DNA from: Anolis carolinensis
Lineage: Eukaryota
Direction of reading: 5' to 3'
Length of the DNA: 64,000 nt
NCBI RefSeq assembly: GCF_035594765.1
Contig: NC_085846.1
Span: 111,587,190-111,651,189, forward strand
Shown here: piece by piece, positions 26,377 to 39,019 of the stretch
Position numbering within the stretch: position 1 is the stretch's first letter
Layout of the letters: each line of letters opens with the position of its first letter
Translations under genes and position numbers: made by a program
Notes under the pieces: model-generated
What the model was told of the DNA's origin: nothing
What the model saw: the letters and a program-made list of their open reading frames with translations, nothing else
The model's database searches: none

Positions 26377-27346
26377 AAAGGCTTATGTTAACAGCTTAAA
26401 AAATTGGAGAGTTCTTTCTCCCTTTATCTGCAAAATAAAAATTTACAAACCACAAATGTTACAACTAAATGTTGACCAAATGTAGTTATGGTTTTAATAA
26501 AACCCCACAGGCACATCATGTCATGTTGCAAAATTATGGGGGAGACTGTATTCTAGAAAGAGAAACGTCTTGAAAGGGATTTTTTCCTTTTGTCAAATTT
26601 CTATCAGTTATCTCTCAAGTCTATCTAATTTATCTAGAGGAAAACATACTAAGTTAAGAAGTATTAAAAACTTGCTAAAGGGAAGTGAAACTGTGTTGAG
26701 AATTATATACATTTTCATTTTTTTTGTCTTATTGAAAGAAAGAATAAAAAGTATAAACTGACAAATAAGCTAAACTGCCACAGTAGAAGCCTTCAGTTCC
26801 CAAACTTCTAGAAAAGACACCCTAATAGCCAATTAAATCTCAGTGTTATAACTCTATATTCCCAATGTTCAAATGTTGGCATGATGATAGGGTTTTTAGT
26901 CTATTGAATGGTGGCCATTTGTGTCTCCAGCAGCGAAATAGAAATCTTTTTGCCTCTGAAAGGGCACCGGGAATCCATTTCAACTGACCATAAGTTAATT
27001 TTCAAGATGCAGGCAAAGGGTTTAAGAGGCCATAACAGTATGAGAAAGTCAAATATGGTTAAAAACAAAATTATTTCTATTGATGATTTTCCCCAAAGGA
27101 ATCACTATAATCAGGCATAACCAGAACATATCCTTGAAAGATGCATTTAGAGAATTACATCACCAGCAGTTAGTGGATACACTGAAAACGTTTACTAAAT
27201 AAATGTTGTGTCATCCAATACATATAAAATAAGAGTGTTGGCGTTTATAAGCTGGAGTCTATATCCCATATATCATATGGATTTTATGTATCCATATATC
27301 ACAGGCAAAATCCACAATCCACTGGTTATGCAAGATGGGTCTAGCT

Positions 27347-27815
27347 CAGGCATGGGCAAACTTTGGCCATCCAGGTGTTTTGGACTTCAACTCCCGCAAT
27401 TCCTAACAGCCTACCGGCTGGGTTGCTGTGAGCTTTCTGGGCTGTATGGCCATGTTCCAGAAGCATTCTCTCCTGACATTTCGGCCACATCTATAGCAGG
27501 CATCCTCAGAGGTTGTGAGGTATATTTGAAAAACTAAGCAAGGAAGGTTTCTATATCTGTGAAAGGTCTAGCGTGGGAGAAAAACTCTTGCCTGTTGGAG
27601 GCAAGTGTGAATGTTGCCATTGGCCACATTGATTAGCATTTATTGGCCTTGCAACTCAAGGTCTGGCTAATTCCTACCTGGGGGAATCCTTTGTTGGGAG
27701 GTGTTAGCTGGTCCTGATTGTTTCATGTCTGGAATTCCCATTTTCAGAGTGTTGTTCTACCGGCTGTTAGGAATTGTGGGAGTTTGCCCACAAGTCCAAA
27801 GTTTGCCCCTGCCTG
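27347..27815. mobile_element. Palindromic hAT MITE split by a Penelope-like insertion (27421-27756)
   Basis: Outer TSD GTCTAGCT; inner duplication CTACCGGCTG. Confidence 0.9.
27472..27512 (-). ncRNA. Minimal hammerhead-ribozyme-like motif
   Basis: Minus strand reads cct-CTGAGGA-T-gcctgctatagatgtggcc-GAAA-TGTC-agg. Confidence 0.65.
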
Positions 27816-28214
27816 GTCTAGCTGATATTTACTCATTCCAAATGTTGCATTTATTGATCAGCAATATTTATGAAAAATGTTGCTGTTTCATTTTTCACCT
27901 AAATTCAGTAGGCTTTTCTAATGAGGCACTCAAGTTTGCAAGGGCATATATATCTATATAACAACTTTGTTGAAATTGAAGATGCTGCTATTCTGAAGGA
28001 GTTACCAGAAATTAATCACAAGGACCAACCAGTTGATTCAGAGTAAGCCCCAAGTTTGTACATGAGTTTCCATGGCTGATTGGGGATTTGAAGCCTAATC
28101 TCCGGATCATAGACCCAACATTCAAACCCCTACACCATACTGACCCTCTTAATCATCTAGAAAAGGGATTCTCACATTTTAGGGGATGAAAGTTTTGGAA
28201 TCGATGATCTAGAA

Positions 28215-28575
28215 CAAGGGTCCTCAAACTTTTTAAGCAGAAGGCCACAATCCTTCAGACTGTTGAGGGGCTAAATTATCATTTGGAAAAAAATACGAAC
28301 TAATTCCCATGTACACTGCACATAGCTTATTTGTAGTGCAAAAACAACAATGAAAGAACAATACAATATTTAAAAATAAAAACAATTTTAACCAACATAA
28401 ACTTATCAAGATTTCAGTGGGAAGTGTGGGCCTGCTTCTGACTAATGAGATAGTCAAGTTAATTAGGATTGTTGTTTCAGACTTTGGGCGAGCCTACGTC
28501 TAAAACTGAGGGCAGGGGCCAAATAAATGACCTTGGAGGGCCCATCCGGCCCACAGGCCTTAGTTTGGGGACCCG
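28215..28575. mobile_element. hAT MITE
   Basis: CAAGGGTCCTCAAACT...AGTTTGGGGACCCG; perfect TSD ATCTAGAA. Confidence 0.88.
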
Positions 28576-29284
28576 ATCTAGAATTTTATCCTAAAGTGTC
28601 AAATCTAGAGTTGACCACCTATTTAGAGCCAACATTATCTCAGGAATCAATTTACTCAAATTTAACCCAATCAATATTTTTGGAAATCAGTATTCCTAAA
28701 CAGATAATGTCTGAGCATGACCAGAATTGTAAGTATACTCTGTGATGTAATGTCTCCCACTGATATCAATTTGGGTTTTGACCCGTTAATTGAGATATGA
28801 TAGATCTTCAAAAAACTATTTTTCATTAATGCTGGAACAGAAGGTCTGGGTTGTCTGTTTTGCTTGCCTGCTTGCAAAGAAAGAGTGTTTGCGAGTGGAT
28901 ACTCTGGAGGAGTTTGCAACAACTGGTAAAGCAAAAGTACAGATGTTCCAGTAACAGCTTTCCTTTGCTGTTTTTATTGTTAACAAGTTTATTAATGTTC
29001 TTAATCATTTATCGACTAAGTGAGAAAAAAAACAATAATTATTCTTGTTTATAGCTTGCTCTGTCTTGTCTTGTCTTCTTCCCTTCCTTTGCCTCAAAGC
29101 ATTTTCTGAATATATAACATAAGCAGCTGATTGTATCCTCTCTGGAAGTGACAAATTAAGTATAACAAAGCAAAAAGGGAAAACAGGAAATGGCATAAAT
29201 AATGTAACTGTTTCTCTCCTTAGTAGCAATACAGCTTGATGTAACTGCCCAAAGCTTATATATACTTGCTGCCCATAGGAGCAG

Positions 29285-29560
29285 TTTTTTTAATCATGTC
29301 AGAGCGACTTGAGAAATACTGCACGCTTCAGGTGTGAGAGAATTGGCCGTCTACAAAGACGTTGCCCAGAGTACGCCTGGATGTGTTACCATCCTGCTGG
29401 GAGGCTTCTCTCATGTCCCTGCAAGCTAGAGCTGACAGATGGGAGCTCATCCCATCTCGCAGATTCAAACTGTTTTCAAACTTTAGGTCAGCAACCCAAC
29501 CTTCAGGCCAGCAGTTCAGCTGGCACAAGGGTTTAACCCATTACGCCATCACGACTCCTA
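29285..29560 (-). mobile_element. Anolis-type SINE
   Basis: Reverse-complement homologue of 3365-3620 and 15363-15613. Confidence 0.8.
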
Positions 29561-30027
29561 CTAGCATTTATTGGTATAAATGTATTACTGGTAGTATGTT
29601 GGCAAAAAAGCTCAAAGGTTTTCTGCACATCAAGCTAGAGCTCATCACTTCCCAGCACCAGTCAAACAGGCTGTTATCATTAATGATCCTTTCCTATTAT
29701 GTTGTATCGCCTTATTGCCTGGCCAAGGGAAGCAGGTCAGGAAGAATAATATGTGATAAGTTAATGGTTTTCCTGTAAAGCGATACTCTACATTTCTGTT
29801 TTTAGAAGTAGAGTAAGATGCAGAATTTTGAAACATTCCTAAACACATGGAAAGAATTTGTGTAGTATGCTAATGAACAGCTTAACCTAGGAATTCCCTG
29901 GAACAGATTTTGAGCTCTTGCAGGTAGGTATGCTGTGAGGTTAGCTGTGTGATTGCAATAAAAAAACCTATGGTCTCTGCCCCTGAGGCAATATCCAACT
30001 GTATTGTCCTATTAGCCTAAAATAATA

Positions 30028-30200
30028 TTGGGTTGCTGTGAGGTTTCCGGGCTGTATGGATATGTTCCAGAAACATTCTCTCCTGATGTTTTGCCCACAT
30101 CAATGGCAGGCACCCTCAGAGGTTGTGAGATCATACATGTGACAAAACGTCAGGAGATAATGCTTCTGGAACATGGCCTGGAAAACTCACAGCAACCCAA
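30028..30200. mobile_element. Penelope-like short inverted-repeat copy
   Basis: TTGGGTTGCTGTGAG...CTCACAGCAACCCAA. Confidence 0.8.
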
Positions 30201-30319
30201 CTTTCAACAACACACTAAAATATTATTGCTTTTGTGGATGCAAGTGGATCAAAGAGTTGCTGATAACCAATTGTTAAATGACAAAAAGATCCCATCTCCT
30301 TATCAGCCTCAGTTCAGAG

Positions 30320-30585
30320 AATCATAGATTCAGACTTGAAAGAGACCCCAAGGGCCATCCAATCCAACCTCCTTACATGCAGGAATACACAATCAAAGCC
30401 CCCCTGACAGAGGGCCATCTAGGTTCTGCTTAAATCCCTCCAGAGAAGGGGACTCCACTGCCAAACTGCTCTTACTATCAGGAGGTTCTCCTTAATGTTT
30501 GGGTGGAATCTTTTTTCCTGCAATTTGAATCCATTGCTCCACGTCCTGTGTCTCCAGAGCAGCAGAAAACAAGTTTGCTCCCATG
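30320..30585 (-). mobile_element. CR1 3' fragment
   Basis: Reverse complement of the CR1 tail seen at 10760-11057. Confidence 0.85.
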
Positions 30586-32283
30586 TTAAAGAAACCTGTG
30601 GAATAAAAGGCTAGAATACAAGTTGAATTAAATTTTGGAGTCCAAAATACATTTCCAGCCTCTGAATTATTTTCATTCTGTCTTTTGCACCATACTGTCG
30701 TCTGAGGATCTGACCGTAAATTATGATTTATTTCATTCACAGGATAGTCCCCAGAATGATTATGTGGCATGTCTTTTCCATGTGTGAGATCATAGACATA
30801 TGCAGAAAAAGAAAAAAAAAATCCACGTGTGTAGATGTTAAACATTTACATTGGCGTCATCTCTTACTGAAATAACAAATCTCATATGGGTAGTGGTTTA
30901 CAATCCACTCCCCCACATAACACCCAGACTGAGAGATTTAGCAGAACATACATCTTCTCCCAGTAGAATAACAAACACTCTTTTAAGTCTGGAGTCTTTA
31001 TGAGCTCAAGCAAAGGCAAATGGAAATAGTGCTTAAACCTGCAAGGCATCTTGACTGAACTGATAAATGTATAAACATGATTTTTTAAAAAATATATTAA
31101 TCATATCTGTGCTGATCCCTTGCATGAGAAATCTACACCTTAATACTTCTGAAGATGGGGAAAGGCAATAAATGGGATATATTCTTCCCATGAGAGGACA
31201 TGACTTACAAAATGGCATGAAAAGGCAGTGTGCATAGTTGTCACTCTTTCAACAACACTGAAGTTTCACACACAGCAACTATATCAATAGACCTTAAACT
31301 GCAGGATGGAAATAAAAAGAGCAGGACCAACAGATAAATAGAGCAAACTAGAGGGATACTCTTGCCTATGCCTTCAGCAGACAGTGGGTACTGGGTGTAC
31401 TATCCAGGTGTGATCCGCACGGCAATAATTTGAACCAGAAAATGCTTTCCTTTATACAAGCATGTTTTAATGGGGGGTAACAATGTTATGAAACATTGAA
31501 AATTCCCCCAAAAGCCGTGAATAGAAACATTCTGAAATTCAGTGGGCTAAAAATGGTAAATGTGTTCTCCCATTGTAGCAAGCTTCACCCAATAGCTTAA
31601 AAAAATGAGGGTGAAAGGAGCCCCTGAAGTTTCTCCAATTATAGTAATTTATGTGCAATTTCTGTAACTAAATAGTAACGGCATTTCATTACTCTCATTA
31701 TAGTAATGAATTTTTCACTAACTATACTTTAGAAACACAATGCCAACATCCCAGTTTTGCAATGACTTTTTAACCATTTTTAATGGATCGCACATCCCTA
31801 GTGTCTCCGCTTTCTCTGGATTTGCATGACAGAATTTGTGGGGCAGTTGGCATTTCAACTCATTCAGCGATGGCTTTGTATGATACTTTAAAAAAAAAGT
31901 TATTCTTTATATAATGACGAAAAAGGTCTTGCCAGTTTGCTTTCTTTCATTTAAAATAAATGATAAAGAAACTGTGTGGGCATGTGTTCTTGAAACCTGA
32001 GAATATTAGAGCTATACTTACTAGTATATTAGTGTTATGCTTCTAATAACCTCCTGCAAACTTCCTGTGCACTTTAAAGGCTCTTGAAATCTCACATAGG
32101 GAATGTTATGTCTCTCGAATCTCTTGTAACAAAAGGTTCTGCGCATTGGTAAAATATAACAGAAGCTGGCGGTAAATAGGAGAAGTTTAATCACTTGTAT
32201 ACTGACGTTTCCTCTCTGCTGAGGGCAATTCAAAAATTGACTGGCTTTAATCCTCCTTCCTTTTGTGTTGTCTTAATATATAG

Positions 32284-32393
32284 GCAGGAATGTGTGGCCA
32301 CAGAAGAGAGTCCACAAGTGTTCTTCTGCTGCTGTGAGGGGAACTACTGCAATGAGAAATTCACTCACTTACCTGAAGTCAGCGGTCCGGAAG
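32284..32393 (+). CDS. ACVR2B: ACVR2B exon 3
   Basis: tatag|G...GAAG|gtgaga; [36 protein letters not shown] (Cys box). Confidence 0.98.
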
Positions 32394-32757
32394 GTGAGAC
32401 TTTTGTTTGTCAAGAACTAAAAACTTTGTATCGAAAGTGGGTTTCTGTTAACCTTGCCTTCCCTGGCTAGACAACCTAATCATGGAACCTGATTAGAGTG
32501 GTGACATCAGACAGTATGAAGTTGAGAAGTTATGCAAGATAATTTGTACAGAAAGTATTTTATTAGTTTCCCAGTCTTCCAAGTGAGGTTAGTTGCACGG
32601 CAGTTACCCAGATCATAGGCAAAGGATATAAAGTCTTCTAGAAACTCTTCTAAAATGTTTTGGGTCATGCCACAAGTTATGTTTGTGAGAAGTGAAGTAT
32701 ATAGGCAGATTTACCCAGGTCAAGCGAAAAAAAAAAACTCTGTCAATTTATATTTAA

Positions 32758-33133
32758 TGTGTTGTTGAAGGGTTTCATGGCCGGAATCATTGGGTTGCTG
32801 TGAGTTTTCCAGGCTGTATGACCATGTTCCAGAAGCATTCTCTCCTGACATTTCACCCACATCTATGGCAGGCATCCTCAAAGGTTGTGAGGTCTGTTGA
32901 AAACTAGACAAGTGGGGTTTATATATCTGTGGAATGTCCAGGATGGGAGAAAGAACTCTTGTCTAGTGGAGGCAAGTGTGAATGTTGCAACTGGCCACCT
33001 TGATTAGCATTGAATGCTTAGTTTCCAACAGACCTCACAACCTGAGGATGCCTACCATAGATGTGGGCAAAATGTCAGGAGAGAATGCATCTGGAACATG
33101 GCCATACAGCCTGGAAAACTCACAGCAATCCAA
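32758..33133. mobile_element. Penelope-like inverted-repeat copy
   Basis: Forward arm 32758-33015 and inverted arm 33018-33133, each with a decayed hammerhead core. Confidence 0.85.
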
Positions 33134-33367
33134 CTGATAGTTAAATGCCATGAAAATGTGAGGACACCGTGATTCCTCAAAGGGAGTCATTAGAGATGTG
33201 AAACATGCATGTAGAAGTCTCCTTACTATGACAAGTCAAGTAAGGATCATGTAGTATCCTTTGAACTCATATTTCTAGCTCAAGAAGGTTGGCTTTAAAG
33301 CACCAGCAGAATCCCAGTTATGTCCTGAATATTCCTTGTCTTGGTTATAATCACAAACGTCCTAAAT

Positions 33368-33500
33368 TGGAGGCTTTTAAGCAGAGGCTAGATGGCCTTC
33401 TGTCGGGGGTGCTTTGAATTTGATTTCCTGCTTCTTGGCAGGGGGTTGGACTGGATGGCCCATGAGGTCTCTTCCAACTCTACTATTCTATGATGATATG
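33368..33500 (+). mobile_element. CR1 extreme 3' end
   Basis: GGAGGCTTTTAAGCAGAGGC...CTTCCAACTCTACTATTCTATGAT. Confidence 0.85.
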
Positions 33501-33899
33501 ATATTCCATTTGCCTAATGACAAAAGGCAAGCCCACTGCAACAGGTTGACTGTCTTTGTTTTATTTTCCACCAACCAGCAGAACAAAAACGATTGCCTTC
33601 TTGCTGTCCTCTTATCCGTATGCAAAAACCTCTCTATTCTAACCGGATTTAGGAATTGGCTGTAAGGGATTTTAACAGTGTGACATTCTATTTTTGCTTT
33701 TTTAAATGGATTTATTTTAAAAGTTTTAATTCTGTAGCTGATTTAATTATATTCAACAATGACTTAAATAGGGTCATTTCTTTCTTTGCATGTGCTTTTA
33801 TATCTTTTGCTTTTTAATTTTTGTAAATTGCTTTGGGTTCCAGTGGGAAAGATGGGATATAAATGTATTTTAAAATAATCACTACTAATACAATTATTA

Positions 33900-34060
33900 T
33901 TGGGTTGTGTGTTTTCCGGGCTATATGGCCATGTTCCAGAAGTATTCTCTCCTGACATTTCACCCACATAGATGGATACCAGCCATCTGGAACATGGCCA
34001 TATAGCCCGGAAAACACACAACAACTCTGTGATTCCGGCCATGAAAACCTTTGACAACAC
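33900..34060. mobile_element. Penelope-like short inverted-repeat copy
   Basis: Inverted arms; AATTATTATT on both flanks. Confidence 0.8.
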
Positions 34061-34249
34061 AATTATTATTATTGTTATTTATTCAGAAGTGCTTGGTTTT
34101 TCCTGTGGATAGCTAACTTGGTATATCTGTCTTCTATTCCATAAACATTTTGAAGGCAGACTGCAGGCATCAATAGCCATTCCATCATAAAGAGCACATC
34201 TTTATACTCTTAAAAATTCATAAAACTGCTATCCTCTTTTCCCCTCCAG

Positions 34250-34401
34250 TCGTATATGAGCCTCCTCCACCGACTCCCTCTCTGCTCAACATTCTGGTTT
34301 ACTCTCTGCTTCCAATCATTGCCCTCTCCATCGCCATTCTCCTGGCCTTCTGGATGTATCGTCATCGCAAGCCGCCGTACGGACATGTTGATATTAGTGA
34401 G
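34250..34401 (+). CDS. ACVR2B: ACVR2B exon 4 (transmembrane)
   Basis: ctccag|TC...GAG|gtatgt; [51 protein letters not shown] (frame not shown in the ORF track). Confidence 0.97.
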
Positions 34402-34845
34402 GTATGTAAGAAGTGAGCTAGAACTAACAGTTAATAGTGGTTTCAGATGGTAAGACTGTTTCAGGTTCTACAAACTGTCTCTGAGAAGCAGTTGGCTGCA
34501 TCAAGATGTTCTGCAAATTCCCATGGCTATCATGCTTTCAACAAACCTTAGATACAGCTGTCTAAAATGGCTGAAAATATTAATACAGGAATAGGATGGT
34601 AAAACATCTGGGCATCCCCTGGGCAACGTCCTTGCAGACAATCAATTATCTCACACCAGAAGCGACTTGCAATTTTTCAAGTCACTCAATAAAAAAGGAC
34701 TTCCAACTGTCCCATGGCTGTTCTATCCTATGGCGTTAAGGAACAACAGGTTTCCAGTATGCAGATCAACTCAAATGTAAGCTCTGCTGAAACAAGCCTT
34801 GGGTATACAAAGCACAGTTACAGAATCTGTAACATTTCCTACCTT

Positions 34846-35491
34846 GTGTTGTCAAAGGCTTTCATGGCCAGAATCACTGGGTTGCTGTGAGTTTTCCATA
34901 CTGTATGGCCATGTTCCAGAAGCATTCTCTACTGATGTTTCAGCCACATCAATAGCAGGCATCCTCACAGCTTGTGAGGTCTGTTAGAAACTAGGCAAGT
35001 GGGGTTATATATCTGTGGAATAATATCCAGGGTGGGAGAAAGACCTCTTGTCTGTTGGAGGCAAGTGTGAATGTTGCAATTTGCCACTTTGATTAGCATT
35101 TAATGGCCTTTCAGCTTCAAAGCTTGACTGCTTCCTGCCTGGGGGAAACAGGGAAATTCCAGGCATGAAACAATCATGGCCAGCGAACACCTTCCAACAA
35201 AGGACTCCCCCAGGTAGGAAGCAGCTTTGAAGCTGAAAGGCCATTAAATGCTAGTAAAGGTGGCCACTTGCAACATTCACACTTGTCTCAAACAGACAAG
35301 AGTTCTTTATCCCATCCTGGACATTGTTCCACAGATATATAAACCTCATTTGCCTAGTTTCCAACAGACCTCATAACCTCTGAGGATGCCTGCCATAGAT
35401 GTTGCCAAAACGTCAGGAGATGATGCTTCTGCAACATGGTCATACAGCCTGGAAAACTCACAGCAACCCAGTGATTCTGGCCATGAAAGCC
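34846..35491. mobile_element. Penelope-like long inverted-repeat copy (~300-bp arms)
   Basis: GGCTTTCATGGCCAGAATCACTGGGTTGCTGTGAG ... CTCACAGCAACCCAGTGATTCTGGCCATGAAAGCC. Confidence 0.88.
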
Positions 35492-37471
35492 ATAGTAACA
35501 GAATTAAATAGTCGAGTCTTCAAATGGTAGAATGGATTGTACAACTTCAGACCACATCCATGGAGTTACATTTTAAAAATCTCTCTGAAACCTCTTCAAA
35601 TGGAAAGTAGCACTGTCAGGATAGGATCAGCTGGAACCCTTCTTAGTGTTTTGCTAGATTGCTTTAATTGCAGTGGGAGGAAAATTGAATCAGGCCAGTC
35701 ATAAGTCTAAGCCACCCAAACCTTTGAAACATTACTTTTTAAAACTTCTGTGTTTGTTTTTTGAAAGAGCTACTTTAAGTTTGTTCAATTTCCATTTGAA
35801 AGATGTTTTTTAGAGAAGTGCATTAGCCTGATTTAACTTTTCAAACTAATGCTTTTAGTCAGAATAAGTGGTAGAAGACCAAACTCATTGGGAGATCTAA
35901 TGTCCATAATGTCATTTCTTAAAAAGGCAGCCTTGGATTTGTATGGAGGGGATACAATAGTATTGGGTTATTCACTTGAATTGAGAACACAGCATATTGT
36001 CTTCTTTTTTAAATGCAGGCCTGGACAGCAGACTCCATTTAATATTATCAAGGCCAACTTTTGCTATGGCAATACTTTTATGTACAGGAAAGAGGGAATG
36101 TTGCACATTTTCTTTCACTACAATGTATGTAGGCAACAATTACATATTTCCAAGTATATATTATCCAGAAAAGGGGTGAGGGAAAAAAAGATTAAATAAT
36201 ATGAAAGGAGATGAGGAAAACTTCAATAACATAAAGGAGATGAGGAAATATAAACTTTTGAGGGGAAAAGTATTCAAGTCCCAAGACATGTGCACACAAA
36301 GAGTTGACTAAAAGCATCTTCTTTCCAGAGGTGGTTAAAGTACAAGATAAGGCAGGCATCATCAAACTGCAGCCCTCCAACTGATAGTTTTGGAAATAAG
36401 CAGACTTCTTTAAAAGTAACATGGTTTACTCACAAACTATGTATTCAGCATACAGGTACTTGCTTATCAGTGCAGTTACAGATAGGATTTGAAGTCGTTT
36501 CTCTGTGTAGATAACACATAGCATCTTTCTTACAATCAACAGTCCAGTCTAAAGCATCTCTCTGGTCTGAGAGTCTAACAGAGTTTCTCTTTCTACATTG
36601 AAAGTCTAATGGCTTCTGCATCTATTGGCATCTCAAAGCATATATCTGTATCTACTCTACCGAAGTTCTACTGAAGCATACTGTTCCCAAAATGGAGTCT
36701 GAGTCCGGAACAATCCCAGATCTGATCACATGGTCTGCAGTCCCTCCCACAACAAAAAGTTGAGGAAAACTACATACCAACACACACATATACAACACAG
36801 TAAACAATCTGAATTATATACATAACAATTTTTAATTGTGTCAGAAGTGACTTGAGAACATACTACAAATTGCTTCTGGTGTGAGAGAATTGGTTGTCTA
36901 CAGATAACTAGCGGAGGCTTGAAGAAGATTGCTATTTCCAGCAGTTTGGGCTTCCAACTCCCAGAATTCCTGAAGGTTGAACAAGCTTGATAAGTCTTCT
37001 GGGAGTTGGAGGCCCCAAACAACTGGAGGGCCACAGTTTGAGGAAGCCTGAGCTTAGGCCTAAAGGCCTGAAAACAAGGCAGATCTGCTTACCAAAAAGC
37101 AGAAAGTGAAGCAAGGCAAGTCAAGGAAGACAAGAACTCTGGTCTTCTAAGCTAGAGATACTTCTTGTTTGAATAAAATCTCTACATTTTCTTGTCTTTC
37201 AATTGGCCCCTCTTTCCTTTTCCCTAGTTGCTCACTGGAATTTGGTTCTGGACAAATGCATAAGCATAGGGGGAAGAAAATGTGCAGAGAGTGTCAATTA
37301 TTTTCAGGAAATGATGGAAACCAAACTTTACCTGGAAATAAGGGCATGCCATCTTTCCCTACTGCCCTTTTTTTCAAATAGCTTTGTCAACCTAACTGCT
37401 TTTTGCTTCATCTTAGCAACCTCAGACTTTGCTTCAGTTTATTCATACCATCGTCCATTTCTTCTTCTTAG

Positions 37472-37681
<210 letters not shown>

Positions 37682-38261
37682 TAATTTATCTGGCAGTATG
37701 GACTCATATAATCCAATGAATATACATCACCAGTAGCCACTAGCTATTCCAGATAGGCTACCTACAACTGAATTGTCTATTTAAGATCAGCATTTTATTT
37801 ATATTTAATCACTTTGTTTTCTTGATTGTTTCACTGTAATGTAATATCTTGGCTTATTTTATCTATAACATTTATAGATTTTCCTGATAAAAAATAAAAC
37901 AATGTAATAATGAAATGAAATATCATCATGCACACTTCTGTTGCAAAGTGCTGTGGGTGCAAATATTGAATGTTGTCATTGACACTTTGAATGTTGTGCT
38001 TTTGAAGGAATCTGTTGTTTGGTTTGCTTGTTGCCAACTTAAGGACAAAACAAGATCAATTAGGCATGGGGACAACATGGAGGAAAGGGAAAGAATTTAA
38101 GGAATATGTATCTAGTTTTTGCATTCCTTCTAAATGCTTTCTATACAGAATATTCACTTGTATGTTCTGAGAATTTTTGTTTTTTGGATTGGGTAGAAAA
38201 GTCTTTATGTTTGTAGAAAGTGGATGAGGTTATAGAAACACTACAAAAAACACTGTGCAAG

Positions 38262-38280
38262 CCCCCCCCCCCCCCCCCCC
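38262..38280. repeat. Poly-C (C19) tract
   Basis: Direct observation. Confidence 0.95.
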
Positions 38281-39019
38281 GCCCAAACAATCCATTGGAG
38301 TTAGGAGTTTGAAGGAGTTGCTAAGTAGTCTTATGCCTCTTCCACATAGCTGAATAAAATCCCACATTTTCTGCTTTGAACTAGAATATATTGCAGTGTG
38401 GACTCAGATAACCAAATTCATATTCTGGGTTATACAGCTATGTGGAGGGGCCCTTAGTTACAAATTTCTAGTTCATCTCAGGATAACTACAAAACTACAG
38501 ACTTCCCATAAGTCAAGAAATGATAGTTGAACTAGTTTATGTCTGTAGTGTAGCTGTACCCTGAGAAATCTTTAGACATTCTGCTTTATGCTTTAATCCT
38601 TCACAATTAGTTTGCCATGATGGATTTAAAGACGGCGATTTCCATGTCATCTGTTCTAGGCCAACTCTGACTAACTAGTGGGATATTTTCTCCTAATCCA
38701 GATTAGAAAGCTGTAACTGTTAAGATTATACACAAAAGGTTTAAATCTGGTTAGCGTCTACATAGTCCTTGTTCTTTTATAGGCCTCTTTTGAATATCTC
38801 AAGCTAAATTTTAACAGCACAATTCTATAATGTCTATTCAGAGGGAAGCCTCGCTGAATCCAACAAGAATTATTCCCAGGTGCATAGAGTTGCAGCTATA
38901 TTTCTTAATTACTGTACATAGTTTGCTTAAATCTTGCTTAATTTGCACATGTGGATAGATAGGGCACAGCCTATCTAGTCACAGAGGGTGAACAACCTTT
39001 TTCTTAAGATTATATGGAG

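Noticed and set aside
36381-36934. Possible solo LTR splitting a MITE
   Set aside because: Could not establish TG...CA termini or a TSD
38262-38280. Functional G-quadruplex/i-motif
   Set aside because: Simple homopolymer with no supporting context; its length may be an assembly artefact
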